Shown here in pieces: positions 48,897 to 56,418 of a DNA stretch of 56,418 bases. Positions within the stretch are counted from its first letter, which is position 1; the number at the start of each line of letters is the position of its first letter. Below the pieces are notes generated by a model. That model saw only the letters and a program-made list of their open reading frames with translations. It was not told the DNA's origin and ran no database searches. Both the position numbers and the translations under genes were made by a program. The stretch lies in assembly GCA_024276115.1 (NCBI GenBank), contig JAJRXV010000264.1:1-56418 (forward strand). The letters run 5' to 3'. Origin of the DNA: Deltaproteobacteria bacterium (GTDB lineage Bacteria; Desulfobacterota; JAJRXV01).

Positions 48897-50419
48897 TTGT
48901 CTATGTTATGTGCCTTCCCCGCGCCAAGCTCTTTCGTTTCCCTGTGGCACTTTCCGCATATATCCGCTGCTTTAGCTCGGAGTAGAAACTGCCCAGAGCC
49001 CGCTCTGTCTCGCGTATTCACCGGTAGCTCCAGATCCTTGCGACCACCGTCGACCACCACTGCCGCGCGCGCCGCGTGTGGAACGTGGCACGACTCGCAG
49101 ATCGGGCGGGGGTAGCCCGCACCAGCCTTTTTGCCGTCATCGCCGCGCGGCCAGCCTGCCGGGAACGCCGACACAGGGTCAGTCAGCGCCACCGCGTCAT
49201 CTATAGGGTGCGAGTAGTCCGTTGCCCCGGGGTTCGGGCGGTACTTCCCGCCGTACAGTTCACCGTTGCCCTGCACGAGCCGGAATGTTTCCGCCCCTGT
49301 CGTACCACCGATGTGGCACTGTTCGCAGAGCCCGCTCCTCCCGTCTGTCACTCGGTCACCTGAGTACATACCGTTTGCGATCTTCATACCGGCTAGCGTC
49401 GTCACCGACTGCGGATACGCGAGCAGGTTAACGTTCGGGTTGTGGCTAAACGGCGTACCGTCGTTCGGGAGCAGGTCGAGCGACGGGTCGGAATCGTCCT
49501 GAACCCCGTGGACAGCGTGGCAAGACACGCATGTTACGCCGCCGTCGATACCGGAGCCGGGAACGAATCCCGCGCCCGTCGCGGTGTGCCTTCCGAGGTT
49601 CCAGCGACCGCCACCGTCAGCGTAAGTCGCGTCGAGCGCGCCGTTCGAGCTCTCGAAGAGTTGCATCCAGGTGGTGGGGAAATCTATGATTGGTGAGGCA
49701 CCGCCTCTGTCAGCGGTGATATCGACCCCGACCGGGTGCGAGCCGAGGTTGTTGAGACCGAAGCCACCAGACCAGCGGTCGATATTTTTAGAACTTTTTG
49801 ATACCCACTTGCTGTCTTTGTATCCAATATAAGTCGCCTCAATCCACTCCCCACCGCTGTGCGCCCGACCTAAGTGACACAAAACGCAAAGGTCGCGGAT
49901 GTTGACGCGCAGGAACGGTCTGTTCGTTTCGTTATCGTGTACGTTGTGGCAGGTTGTGCATTGTATAGTGTTCGCAAGTCCCACTGCTCCACCCTCAGCA
50001 TAATCATCAGCACCAGTATATGGTAGCCCTGATTTATAGATATCATCCTGAGTATCAGTCATGACGGTTTGGTTGACTTTCATACCATGACTTAAATCGC
50101 TGAATACAAAATTCTCGCTAAATGAAGCTTGCGTAAAAATATTAGCGTAGCCCCCATAAGACGTATGACACGCAGAACATAAAGAGGCAACTTCTCCGCT
50201 TGCCTTCCCGAGTGAATCTCCGGCTTGATATGGTGTCCATAAGGCATCTATCATAGATTTATGAGGTACATGGCACACCGAGCAGGTTCCGGTTTCGCTT
50301 AATGCCGGTACACTCGTCGCGTCATGCGGTGTCCCGACAACACCTGCGGCGACAGCCTCCCCGGTAGAGAAGATGCTGAAACAGGCGATGAGAAGAGATA
50401 TGAGTATTATTTTGTTCAT
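48893..50419 (-). CDS. secreted octaheme c-type cytochrome
   Basis: 508 aa with a signal peptide and eight CxxCH motifs (CSVCH, CSACH, CTTCH, CVLCH, CVSCH, CEQCH, CESCH, CGKCH), several in the C..CH.(P/V)H doubled-CXXCH style. Confidence 0.9.
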   Translation of the reverse strand: MNKIILISLLIACFSIFSTGEAVAAGVVGTPHDATSVPALSETGTCSVCHVPHKSMIDALWTPYQAGDSLGKASGEVASLCSACHTSYGGYANIFTQASFSENFVFSDLSHGMKVNQTVMTDTQDDIYKSGLPYTGADDYAEGGAVGLANTIQCTTCHNVHDNETNRPFLRVNIRDLCVLCHLGRAHSGGEWIEATYIGYKDSKWVSKSSKNIDRWSGGFGLNNLGSHPVGVDITADRGGASPIIDFPTTWMQLFESSNGALDATYADGGGRWNLGRHTATGAGFVPGSGIDGGVTCVSCHAVHGVQDDSDPSLDLLPNDGTPFSHNPNVNLLAYPQSVTTLAGMKIANGMYSGDRVTDGRSGLCEQCHIGGTTGAETFRLVQGNGELYGGKYRPNPGATDYSHPIDDAVALTDPVSAFPAGWPRGDDGKKAGAGYPRPICESCHVPHAARAAVVVDGGRKDLELPVNTRDRAGSGQFLLRAKAADICGKCHRETKELGAGKAHNIDK

Positions 50420-50614
50420 GATGTAAGAGTGCCAAAGAAACGCGAGTTTGTCAACAGTTTCAGGGTGGCGCTTTCATTCCCATTAGTCCATTAATTCTAT
50501 TTTGTGGCGTTTTTTTAGCCGGTTTGTAAAAAAATCAGTTGAAATATCAATAAAATTAATATAAAATAATATTTTATTAACAGTTAACGTACTGATCTAT
50601 TCAAGGAGGAAAGT

Positions 50615-50776
50615 ATGGGTAAGGTTGTAATAACATTGGATGAAAATGAGGTTGAACTCGTAAAGATGATAGTGAATGACGACGATAAAGATGACGCGCT
50701 CGCATTTGTTAAAGACGTGCTTTACAGAAAAATGAACGATGATACGCGTGAAAGAAAGTGCGGACCAAAACATTAA
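50615..50776 (+). CDS. small acidic protein (53 aa), function unknown
   Basis: ATG lies 5 nt after AAGGAGGAAAG. Sequence is MGKVVITLDENEVELVKMIVNDDDKDDALAFVKDVLYRKMNDDTRERKCGPKH. Below the ORF-track cutoff. Confidence 0.55.
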   Translation: MGKVVITLDENEVELVKMIVNDDDKDDALAFVKDVLYRKMNDDTRERKCGPKH

Positions 50777-50799
50777 ACCTATAAGAAAGGAAACTATTT

Positions 50800-51306
50800 A
50801 TGAAAAAGATTTCGATTGTTTTTTTAATATTATTGACTTGTTTGATCGGTGGTTGTGAAGCGATAGAGGACGCTGCCGATATAACGTTTTACATCACTTA
50901 CAACACAATATTTGATATTTCAGAGAACTCTCACACCTATGAAGAAAATATTGACTTGACTGACGATGATGACTATCAGAAGTACTCAGGTAAAATCAAG
51001 AAGGTAGAGATAGAATATGTAAAATATTCCATATCATCTAACACCGGTAATGGCGGTTATGGCAGGCTATTCGCAAACTCATTTGGTGGCAGTTACAGTA
51101 GCTCTACCGAGGTTGCTGAGATGGTCAGTTTTTCAGCCGGTGAGTTGCGGGACACTACCGCGATCAAATGGCTCGATCAAGGCTACTTAGAGAGTCTTTT
51201 GACAGATGGCAAGATGACTGTCTGGGCTATTGGTGAAGGGCAAGGCGTACATATTTTAGCTCCGACTGAGTTTAAGTTTAAGATAGTGGCTAATCCACTT
51301 AATTAG
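50800..51306 (+). CDS. lipoprotein, function unknown
   Basis: 168 aa with a signal peptide and lipobox LIGGC. No recognisable domain. Confidence 0.6.
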   Translation: MKKISIVFLILLTCLIGGCEAIEDAADITFYITYNTIFDISENSHTYEENIDLTDDDDYQKYSGKIKKVEIEYVKYSISSNTGNGGYGRLFANSFGGSYSSSTEVAEMVSFSAGELRDTTAIKWLDQGYLESLLTDGKMTVWAIGEGQGVHILAPTEFKFKIVANPLN

Positions 51307-51337
51307 TGTATATTTTTATTGGTAAAATAATAAAAGA

Positions 51338-51381
51338 ACTGCCGGTCTCCTTCGTTCTTGAGGGAGCCGGCAGTTTTTTTT
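51338..51381. terminator. bidirectional rho-independent terminator between the lipoprotein gene and prfB
   Basis: Stem CTGCCGGTCTCC (51339-51350) pairs with GGGAGCCGGCAG (51362-51373), followed by a T8 run. An A-rich stretch precedes it for the opposite strand. Confidence 0.75.
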
Positions 51382-52481
51382 ATTCCGGGCTCTTTTGCTG
51401 TAACAAAAACGCCTTGATGAAATCGTCAATCTCACCATTCAAAACAGCGTCTACATTACCGGTCTCCTGATTGGTGCGGTGGTCTTTCACCAGCCTGTAC
51501 GGTTGCATAACATACGAGCGTATCTGACTCCCCCACGCGATATCCATCTTTGAAGACTGCATATCTTTCCGCTCTTTATCCTGCTTTTGCCGCTCGAGCT
51601 CATGCAGTTTTGATTTCAATATCTTCATCGCGGTGGCTTTATTCTTATGTTGTGACCGCTGGCTCTGACACTGTGCGACAAGGTTCGTCGGTAGGTGAGT
51701 TATCCGTACAGCGGAGTCGGTTTTATTGACGTGCTGACCACCGGCGCCGCTCGCTCTGTAGGTGTCGATACGTATATCCTTATCCTCGATATCGACAACC
51801 ACCTCATCAGCTATTTCGGGCAATACCGAAACTGACGCGAAAGATGTATGCCGCCTCGCGCTTGAGTCGAACGGCGATATCCGCACAAGGCGATGTATAC
51901 CAGACTCTGACTTCAGGTTTCCAAACGCGTGATCACCGGTGACGGTAAAAACGACATTTTTGAATCCCGCCTCGTCATCTGCTAGGAAATCGTTCAGCTC
52001 TGTTTTGAATCCGTGTTTTTCCGCCCACCGGAAGTACATACGCAGGAGCATTTCCACCCAGTCCTGCGATTCTGTGCCACCGGCGCCGGCGTTGATCGAG
52101 ACAATAGCGTTGCTCAAATCATGACTGCCTGAAAACAGTTTTTGCAGTTCTAGTTGTGATAACTCCTCAGAAATAGCCTGCAAACGATCGGTGGCCTCAG
52201 CCATCTCGACCTCGTCTTCTTCCAACTCAGCAAGCTCGTAGTATTCGAATGACTCTTCTAGTTCCACTTCGCAAGATTCGATAGATTCAATAAGTTTTTG
52301 GTACTGCGCTCGCTCTTTCAGGACTGTTTGCGCATTGTCACTATCGTCCCAGAAGTCGCTCGCGGAAGTGATTTTGTCTAACTCAGCCAAGCGTGATTTC
52401 TTTTTATCTATGTCAAAGATGACTCCGAAGAGCGTTTATTTTTTTTTGCTGTTCTTGAAAAAACATTTTGAAATTAATCAT
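51380..52481 (-). CDS. prfB: peptide chain release factor 2, with programmed +1 ribosomal frameshift
   Basis: ORF0 (ATG 52481) is MINFKMFFQEQQKKINALRSHL, then CTT TGA C (52418-52412). A +1 shift joins DIDKKKSRLAELDKITSASDFWDD and the 336-aa track ORF. SPF and GGQ (SGAGGQHVN) motifs are present. Confidence 0.93.
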
Positions 52482-52631
52482 TTGATCCCCATAAAAAAAA
52501 ATAAAAGTTTATTGTTGATTGATTTCCTTATAATAAGCTGAAACAACTAAATATTCAAGGCATATTTTTTTTAGGAGGATTTTTTTGTAACTATAGCAAA
52601 TATATTTGGTTAATGATAAAGTGCTGTTAAA

Positions 52632-54584
52632 TTAAATAAAAGAATCAGGTTGAGCCGGTAGTGAAATGCTCATTGTTGTGCCACTATTTTCTTTGCTCTT
52701 TATTTCTATCTTACCGTTGTGAGAATCAATTATTTCCTTCGCGACCGCCATTCCCAGACCGGTACCCTTCTCACCTTTAGTAGTAAAAAATGGATCAAAT
52801 ATACTTTCAAAATTCTTTTTATTTATACCTTTACCACAATCAGTAACGTAGGTTATAGAATATTTTTTATCCTTTGACAGCTTGGTACCGATGATCAAGT
52901 CACCTTCCTTACGATTTACTTCCTCCATCGCCTGAGACGCGTTAAGAATGATATTGGTGAATAGCTGTTTAAGTTGCTCCTCATCACCGATCACGGGCGG
53001 TATCTCATCAAACTCTTTGATAATATTATGATATTTTATTTGACCGGTAACATTTTTTAAGAAACCAATTACATCCTCAATCACTTTTTCGAGAAAGATA
53101 AGCTTTTCAGAAGGCGCTTTAGGTTTACTTATTGTAAGCAGGTCATTGACCATACTCTGAAGCCTGAACCCCTCAGAGATTATTATCTTCAGGTTCTTGT
53201 TATCCTCATCTTTCATCTCAAGATATTGCGCGCACGCGAGGATTGCCGTAAGAGGATTTCGTATTTCATGACCGATCTTCGCCGATAGAGTACCAAGGGT
53301 CGCCAGTTTTTCTGAATATATCAAGCGGTGGTGCATATTCTTTTCGTTCGTCACATCACGCAACACTGCCATAACTTGAACCACTTTTTTATGTGAATCA
53401 AGCAGGGGAAAGGTCGTCACTTCAATAAACTCTTTAGCGCCGCTATCTTTATCAGTGTTGACAAGTAGCTCCTTATGTACCTTTTTTTTACGGAGTGATT
53501 TCTTTATCGAACAATCCATAGAGTCACAAGTACCGGAGTCTTTGTGGATCATATCAGAACAGTGCTTTCCCACAGCTTTTGTAGCGGAAACGTTAGAACG
53601 TTTAGCTTGCTCCTTATTTATAGCTAATACTTCCAAGTCCTTACCCAACAGCAGAATTCCGTCTTTAATGCCATCAATTATAGTCATGAATTTGTATCGG
53701 CTATGCTTGATCTGCCGCTCTAGTATTTTCTTGTCGGTGATGTCGCGAGCGGTACCGATGTAATATATCCTTGACTTGAGCCTTATTTTGTTCAGACTTA
53801 TCTCAACATCTACCTGATTACCCTTACTATCTATAAGAGTCACTTCATCGTAGAACTTTCTGATATTCCTGAGCTTCGCGTAGCCCAAACGCTCATCCTT
53901 GGTAATCTCATCTATTTTCATACTCAGGAGCTGTTTCTTCGTATAACCAAGTATCTTCAAGGCGATACCGTTTACGTCATTTATCTTGCCACCACTGTCA
54001 AGCCAGAAAAACGCAGCGTTTGAGTTTTCGTATAATTTGAGATAACGCTCCTTCTGCTCCTCTAAGTCAGCCAGTAAATCGTTATGCTCAAGAGTAGACT
54101 TTAAAAAGCTGACACGATCCACAAGTTGCGAAGTAATCAGATCCGCGACTTTAATGTCATGCCTGCTGTATTTTTTTCCGCTCACATTGTCGCATACCGC
54201 GAGAAATCCTCGCAATTTTCTACGTACATTTATTGGTGAGACCAAAAGTGGTGGAGTCAGTATCATGTTCTCCGCCACATCACTGTCAGACGGATATATT
54301 ATAGTGGTTTCTTTTAGCTTCAGGATAAATTGAAGGTTAGAATCCTTGATCAGAATATCTTTCCCGAGGATTCTTTTTATTCCAACACCAGCTACTGTCT
54401 TGATTTTTTTGTTGTTTTTATCATCAGAAATTAAAAACACACACGCGGTGACAGAATTCAGCAAGCTAACTGCCTTTTCGGCGGCTTCTTGATATATTGG
54501 TAAAAGCTCTTTTCCCTCAAAAGAAGTATGCCGAAAGTCTACATTATATATGGTTTTATTTTTTTTAGTATTTATATAGCTCAT
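52632..54584 (-). CDS. cytoplasmic GAF-PAS-PAS sensor histidine kinase
   Basis: 650 aa. H-box GHEIRNPLT, N box NIILNASQA, G box GTGLGMA. No TM segments. Confidence 0.88.
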   Translation of the reverse strand: MSYINTKKNKTIYNVDFRHTSFEGKELLPIYQEAAEKAVSLLNSVTACVFLISDDKNNKKIKTVAGVGIKRILGKDILIKDSNLQFILKLKETTIIYPSDSDVAENMILTPPLLVSPINVRRKLRGFLAVCDNVSGKKYSRHDIKVADLITSQLVDRVSFLKSTLEHNDLLADLEEQKERYLKLYENSNAAFFWLDSGGKINDVNGIALKILGYTKKQLLSMKIDEITKDERLGYAKLRNIRKFYDEVTLIDSKGNQVDVEISLNKIRLKSRIYYIGTARDITDKKILERQIKHSRYKFMTIIDGIKDGILLLGKDLEVLAINKEQAKRSNVSATKAVGKHCSDMIHKDSGTCDSMDCSIKKSLRKKKVHKELLVNTDKDSGAKEFIEVTTFPLLDSHKKVVQVMAVLRDVTNEKNMHHRLIYSEKLATLGTLSAKIGHEIRNPLTAILACAQYLEMKDEDNKNLKIIISEGFRLQSMVNDLLTISKPKAPSEKLIFLEKVIEDVIGFLKNVTGQIKYHNIIKEFDEIPPVIGDEEQLKQLFTNIILNASQAMEEVNRKEGDLIIGTKLSKDKKYSITYVTDCGKGINKKNFESIFDPFFTTKGEKGTGLGMAVAKEIIDSHNGKIEIKSKENSGTTMSISLPAQPDSFI

Positions 54585-54699
54585 TTATCACAATAAAAAA
54601 TTAAATTATTTACTTTTTATTTACTTTATATAAGTATAATGTATATTTAAATTATTTCAAGTTTAAATCTCATAATTGAAAGGTAAGGCTTTATTACCC

Positions 54700-56214
54700 A
54701 TGATATGCCCGAACTGTAGAACAAGATACTATTCACAGACACACTGCCCAAATTGCGGTCAACCAGCATTTTCTCTCAACAAAGGAAGGCGCACTGTCAC
54801 CCGAACTGATTACAAACACCTATACAAAGTGACCGCAGTGCTATTTCTCGTTGTGATAGTGATCGCCCTATTTTTTTTGGGATATATCGAAAAAAGCGAC
54901 ATTGATAAAATAGTTCAACTCGATGATTCCACAGCCACTGTCACGACAGAAGAATATGGCACAGCGAAAAAAAATCCTACAGTACAAAAAGCAAAGCTCC
55001 TAAAAACAGATGATGTCATCGCGAATTTTGATGATATCCAGCTGAAAAAATTAAACATGGAGGGGATAAACGCTTACAATAAAAAAGAGTACTCCAAATC
55101 TCTCATAATATTCATGCAGGCTCACGCGATCGACAGTGAGAATAAAGCTATCAAAGCCAACCTATACAACACCCTTGTCGCCATCGGTGGGGATCAGGTC
55201 ATTAACACCGAATACAGCGACGCGATAAAAAGCTTTAACAAAGCGATAACTTATGTTGACAACGATTATATAGCTTTTAAAGGATTAGGGGTCGCGCGGA
55301 TGTGGCTCAGTGAGTATGAAAATTCGCTCTCGAATCTCTTGACCTCCTACGAAATCAACCCAGATCAGCCTCGAAACGACGACTTAAAGCTACTGATCGC
55401 AAAGATGTATTTTAAGCTCGATGACTATGAAAACGCCAAAAAGTTTGTCGGCTATATAGAACAAAAAGAAAAGTACGCGGCCGAAATCATTAACTACACC
55501 GAGGTACTTGACAAAAACATCTCCGACACCTCAGGAAAAAAAGAAGCAAAGTCATCACATTTTAGAGTGTTTTACGATGGTTACAAAGCCCCTGTCGTCG
55601 GAAACCTTGTCTCTATAATCCTTGAAGAAGCGTATTATAGCGTCGGTAGTAAACTTGACTACTACCCCAAAAAGCCGGTGCAGGCAATACTTAACACTCA
55701 GCAGGAATTTGAAGAAAATATGAATATGCCGAAATGGGTCGGTGCGCTGTTTGATGGAAAGATACGTATACCCGTCGGGGGCGTGACCTCCCGTACCGAA
55801 AAACTGCTCGAAGTGCTAAAGCATGAATACACCCACGCGGCGATATTCGCGAAAGCCGGGAACAACTGCCCGCTCTGGCTGAACGAAGGGCTCGCGCAAA
55901 TCTTCTCCGGCGCGGCAACGCCGTCACCAAAAATCCTGAAGCAGATTGTAAAGCGTGAAAAGCTACCCGAACTTCGCCAACTTCACGGTAGCTTCATCCA
56001 ACTCTCCGACAAGGAAGCGTATATCTCCTACACCGTGAGTATGTTATTCACGCAATATTTGATCGACCGGTTTGGGATGAACACCATAAACAACTACCTC
56101 AACAACCTGAAGGGTAAAACCAGCCCGGCTCTCGCCTTCAAAAATACTTTCTACTCTGAGATGGATGGTCTGTTCAACAGTTTTATCGCGGATTTTAAAA
56201 CAGAATACGAATAG
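54700..56214 (+). CDS. zinc-ribbon / TM / TPR / peptidase-MA-like (HExxH) membrane protein
   Basis: MICPNCRTRYYSQTHCPNCG, one TM (VTAVLFLVVIVIALFFLGYI), TPR units, then LKHEYTHAAIF...WLNEGLAQ (Peptidase_MA_2-like). The track start is TTG 54676. Confidence 0.75.
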   Translation: MICPNCRTRYYSQTHCPNCGQPAFSLNKGRRTVTRTDYKHLYKVTAVLFLVVIVIALFFLGYIEKSDIDKIVQLDDSTATVTTEEYGTAKKNPTVQKAKLLKTDDVIANFDDIQLKKLNMEGINAYNKKEYSKSLIIFMQAHAIDSENKAIKANLYNTLVAIGGDQVINTEYSDAIKSFNKAITYVDNDYIAFKGLGVARMWLSEYENSLSNLLTSYEINPDQPRNDDLKLLIAKMYFKLDDYENAKKFVGYIEQKEKYAAEIINYTEVLDKNISDTSGKKEAKSSHFRVFYDGYKAPVVGNLVSIILEEAYYSVGSKLDYYPKKPVQAILNTQQEFEENMNMPKWVGALFDGKIRIPVGGVTSRTEKLLEVLKHEYTHAAIFAKAGNNCPLWLNEGLAQIFSGAATPSPKILKQIVKREKLPELRQLHGSFIQLSDKEAYISYTVSMLFTQYLIDRFGMNTINNYLNNLKGKTSPALAFKNTFYSEMDGLFNSFIADFKTEYE

Positions 56215-56219
56215 AATTT

Positions 56220-56418
56220 ATAGCACACGGAAAATACGAAAAATACCGATTAATACGAATTGCTTTTTGTTTGTTAAGACTCCACCAAACATCATGGGAC
56301 TGTTGCCAAATAGAGAATTCTCCCTGTTTTCAAAAAAGCCATCGCTGTAAGTAGTCGTCCCTGAAAAACTCATAACACATTGAATTATTTACTATTATTC
56401 TGTATTTATATGTGCTAT
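56220..56418. repeat. second full-length copy of the intergenic repeat family, truncated by the window end
   Basis: 56220-56261 matches 48749-48790 at 32 of 42 positions in an ungapped hand alignment. ATAGCACA (56220-56227) is the inverse complement of TGTGCTAT (56411-56418). Confidence 0.5.

Noticed and set aside
1-56418. Genome-wide reassignment of TAA to a sense codon as the explanation for the three in-frame TAAs
   Set aside because: TAA terminates most well-defined genes here at positions matching family C-termini, and RF2 is encoded with a normal autoregulatory site. The residues expected at the three sites differ (Ser versus Asp/Glu).
1-56418. CRISPR arrays, transposases, integrases, prophage or toxin-antitoxin modules
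   Set aside because: No spaced direct-repeat array and no recognisable recombinase, phage-structural or TA genes were seen. The only repeats are the short intergenic family reported above.

Overview
A 56.4-kb chromosomal segment from a diderm bacterium, with about 48 densely packed genes, AT-rich intergenic DNA and frequent TTG/GTG starts. An anaerobic, Desulfobacterota/Nitrospirota-like lifestyle is suggested by SurA, a secretin, an octaheme cytochrome c, tRNA-Sec and a CdaA c-di-AMP module, but this is inference only. Most of the window is housekeeping: surA-pdxA, uvrA, mfd, nadA, a long + strand run ftsH-folP-cdaA-cdaR-glmM-pdxJ-acpS-nnr, argJ, aroE, ribF and prfB (with its programmed +1 frameshift, which the ORF track misses). 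An EF-G2-type paralogue is also present. Three less ordinary regions stand out. First, 6.7-10.6 kb holds an exported SH3 / pseudo-caspase / FGE-sulfatase protein, an XRE-HTH LexA-like S24 autopeptidase and a REC-DHp protein. Second, 10.6-16.6 kb holds an orphan MSHA-like secretin module (PilP/MshK-like, secretin, REC-DHp, 818-aa TPR protein, ExeA/MshM-like AAA+). Third, 17.3-23.5 kb holds an AsnB-like protein lacking its Cys nucleophile, a GT39 membrane glycosyltransferase, EF-G2, tRNA-Sec and a PilZ protein. The most unusual signal directly visible in the sequence is three independent in-frame TAA codons (8546, 14670-14672, 25888). Each sits inside a conserved motif of an otherwise intact gene that keeps its own RBS, start codon and conserved sequence on both sides. 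I also see a short structured intergenic repeat family with inverted termini (46.7, 48.75-48.9 and 56.2-56.4 kb), a sharp G+C shift inside the cytochrome gene, and a probable leaderless nadA. No CRISPR array, transposase, integrase or prophage genes were recognised.
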